A DNA stretch of 64,000 nucleotides from Candidatus Dojkabacteria bacterium (lineage in GTDB: Bacteria > Patescibacteriota > Dojkabacteria > SC72): positions 1,051-65,050 of the forward strand of contig DATERJ010000008.1 of NCBI GenBank assembly GCA_035271645.1, written 5' to 3'. Under the pieces are notes generated by a model. The model saw nothing but the letters and a program-made list of their open reading frames with translations. It ran no database searches and was not told the DNA's origin. The translations under genes were made by a program, and so were the position numbers. Numbering within the stretch: the first letter of the stretch is position 1; each line of letters opens with the position of its first letter. Below are positions 38,215 through 48,520 of this stretch, piece by piece.

Positions 38215-39486
38215 TTATTGCTCTATTATATCAAATTTTCCTATTGCTTGGGGCAATGCAACAATCCAGATTCTACCACGATTAAACTTTATAGCTTTTC
38301 CACTATTATCATAGAACTTAGTTCTGTCGTTTTTAGAAGTCTTTTTCCATCTTCCATTAATAATCTTCCCATCTTGCAGTATTACAGCTTCTCCTTCACT
38401 AACAGTTGGAATTACCACCCTAGATGTCCCATCAGCAGCACCAGACATATTCACTTTTTGTATTACAACATTCTTTGCAGTTACCTGAGTGTTTGTTTCT
38501 TGATCAATATCTTTTTTTCCTCCAACTTTTCTAAGATATGTGTTTGTGGCTTGGTCATATGTCCACATTGAATCATATATACCACCGTTGTTTAATCGCA
38601 TATGGAAAACTACCTTCACAACAGTCTTCTCTCCTCTGTCTTTCAGATCGGCATCATTCTTAAATTCTAAACTTTGAATGTTGCTAGGAAAACTATCCCA
38701 ATTCATCCTCTTTGCATAATCCCAAGCGTTTCTTACAGAGCTGTATTCATTATGTGGAGCAAATCTTCTTCCATCATTCCATCTCCATGCACCGATTGTA
38801 GCGATATCTTTGATGGCATATGCATGTATATTTCCACAAGCATTTGCCTTAGGATCTGTACTCTCTGCACAACCATCACGAATTAGTAGAGGGTCATATT
38901 CACTTGCCCATTCAAGATAGTACTGTCTAAGGCTTCTAATTGGACCAACTTTATCTGGTGCGCTACTCCAATATATTGCCATGTTACGGGTAATTCCACC
39001 TTCTGCATGTGCTTCGTAGACAATGTCAGCACTATTTAATCCAGAAGCAGGTCGAGCTTGTACATGATTGTTTGTCATTACAGCAACAGGTCTTCTCTTT
39101 TTCATCTCTTTCATCTCTTTTTTAGTGAAAAGAAGCCCATTAAGAGGACTTTCTTCTGTCCTTGGTTCTTGAGGTTCGGAGAGTAGTGGTAGGTCTTTTG
39201 CAAAAGGTTTAAGTTTAGAGTTAGAGGCGATGTAGCCTTTATCAAACAGTACAATCTTAGATGGTGGTATAGGTCTTAATTTGTATATTGCAAAGTAGTA
39301 GAAGACAGCAATTCCTACAACAGAGAATATCGCCACTAGTGGAAAGATTAAACTCTTCGGATTAAATTTCTTCTTCTGTTCGATAGGGGGTTCTGTCTTT
39401 GCGACAGTCTCTTCGGTATTTGTTCCTGCTGGGGTTTCTTTCCCATCTAAGATTTCAATTACTTCTGCCATACTAAATCCTACCAT
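38215..39486 (-). CDS. DUF3048 (YerB-like) membrane-anchored protein
   Basis: N-terminal TM, then QARPASGLNSADIVYEAHAEGGITRNMAIY, typical of DUF3048. Confidence 0.65.
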   Translation of the reverse strand: MVGFSMAEVIEILDGKETPAGTNTEETVAKTEPPIEQKKKFNPKSLIFPLVAIFSVVGIAVFYYFAIYKLRPIPPSKIVLFDKGYIASNSKLKPFAKDLPLLSEPQEPRTEESPLNGLLFTKKEMKEMKKRRPVAVMTNNHVQARPASGLNSADIVYEAHAEGGITRNMAIYWSSAPDKVGPIRSLRQYYLEWASEYDPLLIRDGCAESTDPKANACGNIHAYAIKDIATIGAWRWNDGRRFAPHNEYSSVRNAWDYAKRMNWDSFPSNIQSLEFKNDADLKDRGEKTVVKVVFHMRLNNGGIYDSMWTYDQATNTYLRKVGGKKDIDQETNTQVTAKNVVIQKVNMSGAADGTSRVVIPTVSEGEAVILQDGKIINGRWKKTSKNDRTKFYDNSGKAIKFNRGRIWIVALPQAIGKFDIIEQ

Positions 39487-39555
39487 AAATATCAGCTATT
39501 TCAATATCACTCTTTCTGTGCTAGGATAAAGTGTTAAGATATTAATAAAAAATGT

Positions 39556-40578
39556 ATGAAAAAATCAGTAATATATTTCATTTTAATTCTTGCGGTCGTC
39601 GGAGGGTTAGTTGCATATATAGTTTCAAGGAATAAAGCAGAGGAAGGGAAGTCCCCAGACACAGCACAGGTACAGGAAGATAAAAAATCTGGGGAGGAGA
39701 AAACAGAGAAGGTAGAAGATAAAAAGCCAGTTAAAAAGGAAGAAACGAAGAAACAAGATACTGGTGATTACTCAAGTTTTTCATCAAACAAGCAAGAGGT
39801 AGGTACGTTTGTTGAAGATGATAAGTTTACGCTAAGGAGTATTGAAGATACTACAAAAGGTGGATATCACGAGTTTGTATTTAATCTAGAAGGTCCAAGT
39901 GAGCCGAAGGTAATTGCAAGATATGATGCTAATGCTAATGTAATTAAGGTTGAAATTTTCAATGTAGAGAAAGATAATAGTGGGATTCCATATCAGGGTG
40001 AGAGAAGTATTAACAAAGAGGGTATATTAAGATTGTATCATAATGTTTCAGGTTCTCAAGAGAAAAGCTTCTATGATATCGGTCTTTCTCAGAGTACTGT
40101 CTTTAAGTTAGATTCAACATCTGGTAGTGAAGATGATACATGGACAGTTCTTCTGTATGTGAAATATCCGGGTGAAAAAGAGGTTGAAGGTAATTTGGGA
40201 AGTAGTGAGTTCTCCAAGGATGACCAATCTATTACAGGTGTAGGTGCTGATAAAGGTGCTTCTATCAACTCATATGCATACACAGCATCTGGTGGAGTTT
40301 TGAAGTTTACCTTTGGTGTTTCTGCAAGTGGAGATAATCCAATCCCAATGGCAAGTGCTAAATATGATGGAACTGAGAAGCTGGTATTAACATTTGATAG
40401 TTTAAAGATAGATAGGGCTGTGAAAGCATGTGAAGGTATTTCATTACCTCTAGGTATTGCTTTAAATACAGAGAGAAATGGTGATAAGTCGATATATACT
40501 TTCTATGTAAAGGATGGTGCCGAGTTTAAGCTTAGTGCAAGTCTAAGTCCTAACCAAATCATTCTCGAAATTAAGTAG
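39556..40578 (+). CDS. Secreted/membrane-anchored hypothetical protein (340 aa)
   Basis: Signal anchor and a Lys/Glu-rich linker. No known domain recognised. Confidence 0.5.
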   Translation: MKKSVIYFILILAVVGGLVAYIVSRNKAEEGKSPDTAQVQEDKKSGEEKTEKVEDKKPVKKEETKKQDTGDYSSFSSNKQEVGTFVEDDKFTLRSIEDTTKGGYHEFVFNLEGPSEPKVIARYDANANVIKVEIFNVEKDNSGIPYQGERSINKEGILRLYHNVSGSQEKSFYDIGLSQSTVFKLDSTSGSEDDTWTVLLYVKYPGEKEVEGNLGSSEFSKDDQSITGVGADKGASINSYAYTASGGVLKFTFGVSASGDNPIPMASAKYDGTEKLVLTFDSLKIDRAVKACEGISLPLGIALNTERNGDKSIYTFYVKDGAEFKLSASLSPNQIILEIK

Positions 40579-40608
40579 TAGGTAATGTGGTTGTATAGGA
40601 AGGACCTG

Positions 40609-40914
40609 TTAATCTTCTTTGGTCTTTTTATCTACAAATGCTATTTGTAGGTCTTTTCCTAGAGCATTAGCTATCTGTACAAGTTTGTATATGGATGTGT
40701 TTCTCTTCCCATTCTCTATCTTGCTAATTGTTGTTCTTGGTATTCCAGATTTGATTGATAGTGCATCTTGTGTAATACCTAGCTCCTTTCGTGCATCTCT
40801 TAAGGCTCTTAGAGCTAGTTTATCTTCGACCTTCCTGTCCATCTCTTTAATCTCTTCTTCACTCATATATTTTTTTTGCACCTCTCTCCAAGGAATGAGC
40901 TTTGTTTTTTTCAT
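40609..40914 (-). CDS. XRE-family HTH antitoxin (HigA-like)
   Basis: HTH LGITQDALSIKSGIPRTTISKIENGKR. Follows the toxin gene with a 7-bp gap. Confidence 0.7.
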   Translation of the reverse strand: MKKTKLIPWREVQKKYMSEEEIKEMDRKVEDKLALRALRDARKELGITQDALSIKSGIPRTTISKIENGKRNTSIYKLVQIANALGKDLQIAFVDKKTKED

Positions 40915-40920
40915 AAGTTC

Positions 40921-41256
40921 TTACAATCTAATATTATTTTTTCTCCTAAGTGCTTTCTGTATCTCTCTTAAAGGTGTTTTTTGTGTCTTTTTTCTGAATG
41001 CAGAGAGAATTATAATGTCATTATTATGATGACAGTAGATGAATCTGTATATTCCATCTGCAATTATTCTGATTTCAAAAAGATCAAAACAACTTAACTT
41101 TTTAGAATCTGGGTATTCAAGATATCCTTTTTTCTCAAACTCTGTTATTAATTCAAAATATTTGTCTCTAACAACTTCAGGGAAGGAATCTATTTCTTCC
41201 TCAGCCTGTTCGAGAACATATATGTCTTTCTTTATGCATTGTGTCATATATGGCAA
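40921..41256 (-). CDS. RelE/ParE-superfamily toxin (HigB/Gp49-like)
   Basis: About 110 aa, C-terminal RIIADGIYRFIYCHHNNDIIILSAFRKKTQKTP, typical of Gp49/HigB toxins. Toxin-then-antitoxin order. Confidence 0.65.
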   Translation of the reverse strand: MPYMTQCIKKDIYVLEQAEEEIDSFPEVVRDKYFELITEFEKKGYLEYPDSKKLSCFDLFEIRIIADGIYRFIYCHHNNDIIILSAFRKKTQKTPLREIQKALRRKNNIRL

Positions 41257-41348
41257 TATAAGTCAATGTTATCCACTTACATATATTTTAGCTTTCAAAA
41301 ATGAACTAAGGATTAAATTTTTACTTAAGTTTGGTATAATGAAAACAA

Positions 41349-41422
41349 CGGGGTGTAGTTCAGATGGCTAGAACGCTTGTATGGGGTACAAGAGGTCGCT
41401 CGTTCAAGTCGAGTCACCCCGA
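41349..41422 (+). tRNA. tRNA-Pro (GGG), no encoded CCA
   Basis: Acceptor CGGGGTG/CACCCCG, anticodon loop ATGGGGT (GGG with G37), T-loop TTCAAGT. Confidence 0.8.
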
Positions 41423-41470
41423 TTTATTGTACAAATCTATATTATTTATATCTCTTTTGAAGATAAATAT

Positions 41471-42970
41471 ATGACAAAAGAAAAATCAATTAAAATATAC
41501 AACACACCAAGTAAACAAAAAGTTGCTTTTGATCCATACAAAGATGAAGAAGTATGTATGTATAGTTGTGGTCCTACAGTTTACAATACTGTACATATAG
41601 GGAATCTAAGGTCACTCCTCAATTTTGATGTTGTGGGAAGAGCTCTTAGGTATATGGGGTACAACTTAAAAAGAGTTGTAAATTTCACCGATGTAGGTCA
41701 TATGTCTAGTGATGCTGATTTTGGGGAAGACAAGATTGAAAGACAGGCTAAAAAAGAAAATGTCGCAGCTATGGAAATTGCTAATAAATATATTTCTCGT
41801 GTTCTTGAAAGTTTTAGGAAAGTAAATATTTTAAATCCAGATGGTTCTCCCATAGAAGAAAATATAGATGTTGAGAATATGTCTAAAGAAGAATGGGCCA
41901 AGTTAGGTTGGGCTAGAGCTACTGACTATATAGATGAAATGATAACTTTAATATCCCTCATCGAGAAAAATGGTCATACCTATGAAACTGAACAAGCTCT
42001 GTATTTTGATGTTTCAACCTTCCCAGAATACTTTGAATTTTCAGGTCAGAAGTTAGAGGAGAAACAGGTTGCCGTGAGAGAAGAAGTCAAAGAAGACCCT
42101 TACAAGAAAAATCCTGCAGATTTTGTTCTATGGATGAAAAGATATGGAAAGTACGAGAATCACATGATGCATTGGGATTCCCCTTGGGGTGATGGGTTTC
42201 CTGGTTGGCATATCGAGTGTTCAGCTATGAGTTGGACACTACTTGGAGAGAAAATTGACATTCACACAGGAGGAACAGATTTAGTATCAGTACATCATTC
42301 AAATGAGATAGCTCAGAATGTTGGAGCATTTGGACACGATGTGGTGAAGTATTGGCTTCATAATGAGTTTGTATATTCTTCAAGTGATGAAAAATTGTCT
42401 AAAAGTAAGGGTAATGCATTAAGCTTAGAAGAGATAGAGAAGCTTGGTATTGATCTGATGGGTTTGAGATGGTACTACCTGACATCTAGTTACAGGTCAC
42501 CTATGAAATTTAGTATAGAGTCGCTGAAGTCAGCTGAGAAAGTATATCTTCGTACAGTAAAAACACTTACTGAACTGTATGAAGGCAGGGAGGGGAATAT
42601 AAATGAAGAATATGTGAATAACTTTAAAGAAGCTATATCAGATAATTTTAATACACCTAAGATGTTGGCTCTTTTAAATCAATTAGTGAGATCAGATTTG
42701 AAGCCAGAAGATATAGTTGCTACTGCTTTTGAGTTTGACAAGGTTTTAGGATTGGATCTGAAGAAAACAGTATTGGAAGGAACTGAGGGGAAAAGTGAAG
42801 TTCATTGGTCAGAAATAGAAATTGCAGATTTAAGACAAGCTCTTGAAGATAGGGAAGAAGCTAGAAAAGATAAAGATTGGGAGAAGTCAGATATCTTGAG
42901 GGAAAAAATACTAAAGATGGGATATGAGGTTTTGGATAAAGAGGATGGGCAGTATGTTACTCGTATTTGA
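41471..42970 (+). CDS. cysS: Cysteinyl-tRNA synthetase
   Basis: HIGN motif (TVHIGNLRS), KMSKS-like [12 protein letters not shown]-like C-terminal domain. The start is set at the ATG at 41471 because the longer ORF overlaps tRNA-Pro. Confidence 0.85.
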   Translation: MTKEKSIKIYNTPSKQKVAFDPYKDEEVCMYSCGPTVYNTVHIGNLRSLLNFDVVGRALRYMGYNLKRVVNFTDVGHMSSDADFGEDKIERQAKKENVAAMEIANKYISRVLESFRKVNILNPDGSPIEENIDVENMSKEEWAKLGWARATDYIDEMITLISLIEKNGHTYETEQALYFDVSTFPEYFEFSGQKLEEKQVAVREEVKEDPYKKNPADFVLWMKRYGKYENHMMHWDSPWGDGFPGWHIECSAMSWTLLGEKIDIHTGGTDLVSVHHSNEIAQNVGAFGHDVVKYWLHNEFVYSSSDEKLSKSKGNALSLEEIEKLGIDLMGLRWYYLTSSYRSPMKFSIESLKSAEKVYLRTVKTLTELYEGREGNINEEYVNNFKEAISDNFNTPKMLALLNQLVRSDLKPEDIVATAFEFDKVLGLDLKKTVLEGTEGKSEVHWSEIEIADLRQALEDREEARKDKDWEKSDILREKILKMGYEVLDKEDGQYVTRI

Positions 42971-43258
42971 CATGCAGGAAAAAACATGTAGAATAGTACC
43001 GGTTTATCTAAATACTTTAGAATATGAACAATACAGACAAGAAAAGTAATAAGTATGTGTTAGCTTATTTCCTCTTATTCTTAATTCCTTTACTGTTACT
43101 CTTTATTAAAGGTTAAGAGATTTCCAATAAAGATTTGTTTTTTTCCTTAACTTGGGATATTGTATAGGTGTTAGTTATGTATATCGTGTAGATATATTAA
43201 TTGTAGCTCGAGATATGTCATAACTACTAAGAATTAATTCTAAATAAGTTAATAATTT

Positions 43259-44674
43259 TTGTATATGGAGGGTGAAACTTACATTGGCAATCCAGAGTGG
43301 AAGGAAACTAACAATATAGTGAACCTAGTAGAGGAAGAGCATGAGCATGGGATGTCTAGTTATAGAATTGAGATTAACCCTGAGTTTGTACAAGAATGCT
43401 ACATACATGATCAAGCATGGGATGAAGAATTTAAAAAGTATGTTGCACGCGATTACCCATATACTATGTCCCCCCAGACAACTCGACTGATTGCTTCAGC
43501 ATCGACAGAACTGAAAAAGGAGATGCACAATGTTGGCTTTGATGTTGAGAGTTGGATTAGACTTTCGGAAAGTGAACCTTACGTTATGGGTGTTTTACGC
43601 AGGGTTATGATTACTGATACGATTGAACCAATTATTGGATACACAGATGAAATGGCACTTTATTTAGCAGATTTGAAAGCTGAATCTCCAGATCAATTGT
43701 TACATATTCGATCTTTTTTTAGTGGGGCATCGGTTGCTGACAAATCCCTTATTGCACGTTTATATCAAATGGGTGTTTCTGCAAACTTGTTAGCAACAGA
43801 CTTATCAGCAGACTCTATTGCTGTTGGTGCATTGAACTTTGAAGTTTGGAATCAAATGTTACCAGAACAGGATAGGTACGAGATTCATATGGTTAATGGT
43901 GATGTCCCTCAAGAGCTTTTAGATAGAGATAGAACGATTATTCTTCAAGTAGGTGATGCTATTACAACCTCAAAAAGAGATTCTTTAAATTCTACTACAT
44001 ATGATGCTTTGATTATCGATAATGGATTACAATATATTGATGCAGGCTCAACTAAGGAGATTCTGTCTAATGTATTACAGAACAAGGGGGATAGAGGTTT
44101 GTATATAGGAACTTTAGGCTTAGATTCGGATATTAGAGTAGAGATTTCTCCAATTACGCATGCTAAAGAAATATCCAAAGTTTTGTTCTTGGGTAAAGAT
44201 TTAGTAAAGGAATATGAAAAAAGCTATTTCTTGAATCCCCCATACGGTTATAGACATAATTATGAATTTAAAGTTGGAAAGGATAACCAGATATTAATAA
44301 CTAGAGTATACTCGGAAGGAACTGCAAGAATGTATACATGGCTAGCTAAGCTTTTGAAAAGTAATAAGTCCATGTTTGGTGAGGTAATGAAAGCGGCAAA
44401 ATCTGCAACGGACCTTTCAAAAGCAAATGTTGAAGTTGAGACAACTCCCTTTGATTATCATCAAGCAATGTTGAAAGCTATAAAAGAGAATCAAATGGAA
44501 TATATTGTTCACGAAAAACCTCTGAACTACGAGGATTTTGGTTGGGAGAAGGTTGAAGGTAAAGAAGATATTTATTCTAATGGGAAAGAAGAGATTGATG
44601 GGGGCACAATGATGAGAATATGCAAGGAGAAAGATCCTGTGGTTTTAAGAATCAGTAGGATTTTGGTTAAATAA
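43259..44674 (+). CDS. Hypothetical cytoplasmic protein (471 aa) containing an NPPY tetrapeptide
   Basis: ORF with no recognisable family. It carries FLNPPYGY, which resembles methyltransferase motif IV, but no clear motif I. Confidence 0.5.
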   Translation: MYMEGETYIGNPEWKETNNIVNLVEEEHEHGMSSYRIEINPEFVQECYIHDQAWDEEFKKYVARDYPYTMSPQTTRLIASASTELKKEMHNVGFDVESWIRLSESEPYVMGVLRRVMITDTIEPIIGYTDEMALYLADLKAESPDQLLHIRSFFSGASVADKSLIARLYQMGVSANLLATDLSADSIAVGALNFEVWNQMLPEQDRYEIHMVNGDVPQELLDRDRTIILQVGDAITTSKRDSLNSTTYDALIIDNGLQYIDAGSTKEILSNVLQNKGDRGLYIGTLGLDSDIRVEISPITHAKEISKVLFLGKDLVKEYEKSYFLNPPYGYRHNYEFKVGKDNQILITRVYSEGTARMYTWLAKLLKSNKSMFGEVMKAAKSATDLSKANVEVETTPFDYHQAMLKAIKENQMEYIVHEKPLNYEDFGWEKVEGKEDIYSNGKEEIDGGTMMRICKEKDPVVLRISRILVK

Positions 44675-44694
44675 CAAAGGAGGATTAGACACAT

Positions 44695-46971
44695 ATGGGC
44701 ATAAATATTTTAGGTATAGCAAGTTTACTTTTTGCGATAGTAAATATTATCTTGGGGGTTTATGTATTACTTAAAGACCCTAGGAAATCTAATAATGTTG
44801 TATATTCGTTAAGTGTTATTTCAATTGCTTTATGGATTGTTTTCACATACCTCTATAATAATCCAGGCTCTTCTTCTCCCAAGTTCTGGTTGAAAATGGT
44901 TTATATAGCTTCATATGGTATGCTATTAGCCCAACTTTTATTCGCTTATTTCTTTCCAAAGAGAACCAAGAGTAAATTTTATCCGTTTGTTATTCCAATA
45001 GTCTTAGCCTTAATTCCTAGTATCTACGTTTTGCTTATAAAAGATTCTGTTATAGATAGCGTGATACATTATCCGGACACTTTTCTTACAATTGCTAAGA
45101 TGGGACCTGATTATTGGATATATACACTACCCAACCTTTTAGGAATTATTCTTATTCCTATATATTATCTCAATAAGAGTAAGACATTTACAGGATATGA
45201 GAAGGTCCAGTCAAGATTTTTCATGATAGGGGTTCTTGCAATGATGTTGCCAATTGTGATTATAGATTACTTTATTCCAATATTAACAGGGAATACAAAA
45301 TATTTTATTCTTGGACCACTCTTTGTTATTCCTTTTACTTTGGCTGCTGCATATCCTATCATTCAGAATAGGTTTGTTAGAATTCCTGTGATTGTTGGCA
45401 ATGTTGTTGTAGCCGTATTAAAATTAGCCTTTATATTCTCCACCTTTCTCTTCTTTACGGTTTTCCTAGAGTCGGAATATTACTTGAATTCGGATAAATA
45501 TCTCTCTATATTCTTATTTGCATTGCTTTTTACTGTCTTCTATTTTTATTTCTTTAAAAAGATAACAGATCTTCTTTTAGATTTTATCGATAAAGCTAGA
45601 AGAGAGAGGGAAATTTTAGAAAGTAACTTCTTGCAAGTTAGTGGAGTAGAGCTGACAATGGATAGGATTTTAGTTAATCTTCAGCGAAGTGTAAAGGCAT
45701 TGTTTAGCATCTCAGAATCAGGCATTTTACTGTATGATAAGGTTAGTTTCTCTGAAAAGTATTTCTCCTATCCTCAATCAGTAGATTTTGCTATGAAAGA
45801 CCTTATGGATATTGTGCAGTTTTGGGGTAAAGCAAGACTAGGTAATGTGATAGTTGCAGATGAGTTTAGAAAAGGGAATATCCTGCAGGATAGTGAAATG
45901 CCTGAAAATATAACTCAGGTTTTGGATTTTATGGATAAACATAATATCTCAGTATTATATCCGTTTAATACTAGGACTAGGTTTAACGGTCTTCTGATTC
46001 TGGGTTATAGAGAAGATGGATATCCCCTAGCATTAGATGAAATAGAGATACTTGAAAGAATGGTTGATAATACGAGTGTTTCAATGGGTAGGGCGATACT
46101 ATATGATGAAATTCAAGAATTTAGTGGAACCCTCAAACAACGGGTAGACGAACAAACCAAAGAACTACAACAAAAAGTACTAGAATTAGAAGAAGCTAGA
46201 AGAAAAGAAAGAGACATGATAGATATCATGGGTCATGAACTAAGAACACCTGCTACCATTGCCAAGTTAAATATAGATCTGCTGGAACAGTATATAGATA
46301 CAAATCCTAAGGAATATAAAAAATATTTAGACAGAGTAAAGAACAGTATTGAAAATGAAATTAGATTAATTAATGCCCTTCTCACAAGTGCAAAGTTGGA
46401 AGGTGAGAAGATTGAACTACATAGGGAAAGAATATCTCTTAAGGAGATAATAGAGAATGTAATCCATGCATATACATATGAGGCTGAAAGTAAGAAATTG
46501 AAGGTAATACAAGATGTTGATGAGGATATGCCAGATATTTTTGCAGACAAAGTAAGGGTGACAGAAATTATGGACAACCTTCTTAACAATGCAATTAAAT
46601 ATACAAAAGAAGGTTCTGTAATTATCCAAACAAGCCATACAGCAGACCATGTCCAAGTTAATGTCATTGATAGTGGAATGGGTATTCCTGATGAGGAAAT
46701 ACCAAAACTGGGTACTAAATTCCATAGAGTAGGTAACTACACCAAGGGAAAAGACAAATTTGAAATTGTTCGACCAGGTGGTACAGGCTTAGGACTTTAT
46801 GTTGTCTTCGCTCTTGTAGAACAGATGGGTGGTAAGATATGGGTCAAGAGTGACTTAGGTAAAGGTACAACCTTCTCTTTTACACTACCAGTATATACAG
46901 GTCAGAAAGAAGACATTATAGATACAAAAACAAAAGATATGTACAAAAAATTCGGTTTGAAAAAATCCTAA
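44695..46971 (+). CDS. Sensor histidine kinase with an N-terminal polytopic (about 8 TM) sensor domain; no adjacent response regulator
   Basis: H-box MGHELRTPATI, N/G1/G2 boxes (LLNNAIKYT, DSGMGIP, GGTGLGL), coiled-coil linker. Confidence 0.8.
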   Translation: MGINILGIASLLFAIVNIILGVYVLLKDPRKSNNVVYSLSVISIALWIVFTYLYNNPGSSSPKFWLKMVYIASYGMLLAQLLFAYFFPKRTKSKFYPFVIPIVLALIPSIYVLLIKDSVIDSVIHYPDTFLTIAKMGPDYWIYTLPNLLGIILIPIYYLNKSKTFTGYEKVQSRFFMIGVLAMMLPIVIIDYFIPILTGNTKYFILGPLFVIPFTLAAAYPIIQNRFVRIPVIVGNVVVAVLKLAFIFSTFLFFTVFLESEYYLNSDKYLSIFLFALLFTVFYFYFFKKITDLLLDFIDKARREREILESNFLQVSGVELTMDRILVNLQRSVKALFSISESGILLYDKVSFSEKYFSYPQSVDFAMKDLMDIVQFWGKARLGNVIVADEFRKGNILQDSEMPENITQVLDFMDKHNISVLYPFNTRTRFNGLLILGYREDGYPLALDEIEILERMVDNTSVSMGRAILYDEIQEFSGTLKQRVDEQTKELQQKVLELEEARRKERDMIDIMGHELRTPATIAKLNIDLLEQYIDTNPKEYKKYLDRVKNSIENEIRLINALLTSAKLEGEKIELHRERISLKEIIENVIHAYTYEAESKKLKVIQDVDEDMPDIFADKVRVTEIMDNLLNNAIKYTKEGSVIIQTSHTADHVQVNVIDSGMGIPDEEIPKLGTKFHRVGNYTKGKDKFEIVRPGGTGLGLYVVFALVEQMGGKIWVKSDLGKGTTFSFTLPVYTGQKEDIIDTKTKDMYKKFGLKKS

Positions 46972-47021
46972 ATAGTAGTAAGATGAATAGGGTTAAATAT
47001 ATAAAATAAAAATATTATCAA

Positions 47022-47228
47022 ATGAAAGTCAAAATCAACAAAGAAGCCTGTGTAATGTGTGGCTCATGTGTAGCTATTTGTCCAGAAGTATTCGAAATGA
47101 AGGATGATGGAAGTGTTGATGTAAAAGCAGAGTATCAGAACACACAGATTGAAGATGGTGTATTACTTGAAAAAGCAAAGCAAGCAAAAGAAGCTTGTCC
47201 AACAACAGCCATTGAAACAGAAGAATAA
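47022..47228 (+). CDS. Small ferredoxin (single Fe-S cluster)
   Basis: CVMCGSCVAICP...CP motif in 68 aa. Confidence 0.7.
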   Translation: MKVKINKEACVMCGSCVAICPEVFEMKDDGSVDVKAEYQNTQIEDGVLLEKAKQAKEACPTTAIETEE

Positions 47229-47632
47229 TGAATGATTGTATATTTTGTAAAATTGTAAAAGGAGAGATCCCTTCATACAGAGTTAGCGAAACAGATGATG
47301 TTCTAGTCATACTTGATGTAAATCCTTTAAGTAAAGGGCATGTTCTTGTACTGCCCAAAGAACATTATGAAAACATTCATGATATTCCAGAAGATTTACT
47401 AATAACAATAACATCTGTTGTAAAAGAGGAAGCACAGAAGATAAAGGACAGATTGAAACCAGAAGGAATTATCATAATGCAGAACAATGGAGCTAAAGCA
47501 GGGCAGAGTGTGTTCCATTTCCATATACATATAAAACCAGCATATGAAGACACACCTGTTTCGAAAGAAGGACATCTTAGAAAGAAGTTAACAGAGGAGG
47601 AGTTTACTCAGATTTGTAAAACTCTACAATAG
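47228..47632 (+). CDS. HIT-family (histidine triad) protein
   Basis: HIT motif FHFHIHI and N-terminal CIFCKI. Confidence 0.8.
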   Translation: MNDCIFCKIVKGEIPSYRVSETDDVLVILDVNPLSKGHVLVLPKEHYENIHDIPEDLLITITSVVKEEAQKIKDRLKPEGIIIMQNNGAKAGQSVFHFHIHIKPAYEDTPVSKEGHLRKKLTEEEFTQICKTLQ

Positions 47633-48464
47633 CATCTGTATATTCTGTATCAATATCAAAATGACCAGCACCCTCTACTGTAACAAACTCAATCTCCTTT
47701 CCTAACGAACTGAACTTCTTTATCAAATTAGTACTCATAGAATATGGAACATTCACATCCTTGTTTCCATGCCATGTCTTTATCGGAATCTCTTTTATCC
47801 TCTCAACTCTAGTAGCATTCCATGTATTTACATATGAAGTAGGGGCAAGGAGTGCAATCTTTTTAATATTTTCTGGATACTTCTCTGCAAAGTTCATTGT
47901 AACTAAACCACCCATACTAAAACCAAGAAGATATATCTCTCCATTACTCTTGTAATTCTTTTCTAACTCTTTAACTAATTTTTTGGTATCTCCAATAGCT
48001 GGCTCTTTTCCCCAGTTGTCACCATGTTGATTAGAAGCAGCAAACACATATCCATTTTTAACAAATATATCTGCATAGTAATCTAGATCTTTAGTTAGTG
48101 GATTGTTTGGATTGTCTGACACAGTATAGGTAGAACCATGACTATATATCACAACTGGATACTTAGCATCATCTTTCGCATTCTCATCAAAAGCAATATA
48201 TGCACTCTGTCCATCTATTGTCTTGAACTCACTCTTCACAACTATCTCTCTAACCTCTTCCCTCTCTTCTTCCACAGTTTCTTCTTTTACTTCTACTTCA
48301 TTAACAGGTTTAGAATCCTTAATGAAAATTTTAGAGAAAAGGAGATACCCCAAAAAGAAAAGAATGGAAAGGAGTATTAGATATACCAAAAATCTTTCAA
48401 TGGTAAGTCCTTTTTTAGGTCTGTTCTGTCTTATTTGATATTCCATTTTACTATTTTCTCTCAT
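47604..48464 (-). CDS. Membrane-anchored alpha/beta hydrolase (dienelactone hydrolase/peptidase S9-like)
   Basis: N-terminal TM and nucleophile elbow GFSMGG. Confidence 0.65.
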   Translation of the reverse strand: MRENSKMEYQIRQNRPKKGLTIERFLVYLILLSILFFLGYLLFSKIFIKDSKPVNEVEVKEETVEEEREEVREIVVKSEFKTIDGQSAYIAFDENAKDDAKYPVVIYSHGSTYTVSDNPNNPLTKDLDYYADIFVKNGYVFAASNQHGDNWGKEPAIGDTKKLVKELEKNYKSNGEIYLLGFSMGGLVTMNFAEKYPENIKKIALLAPTSYVNTWNATRVERIKEIPIKTWHGNKDVNVPYSMSTNLIKKFSSLGKEIEFVTVEGAGHFDIDTEYTDAIVEFYKSE

Positions 48465-48520
48465 ATGGGATATAATAACAAATTAGTGACTAATATTTAA
48501 TCTAATATATATTTAATAAT

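Noticed and set aside
41381-41470. Longer 529-aa version of the cysS ORF starting at 41381
   Set aside because: That start lies inside tRNA-Pro (41349-41422). The conserved CysS N-terminus begins at the ATG at 41471.
43259-44674. Calling the 471-aa protein a DNA methyltransferase or R-M component
   Set aside because: Only the NPPY tetrapeptide is present. There is no convincing SAM-binding motif I and no adjacent restriction endonuclease, so it remains a hypothesis only.
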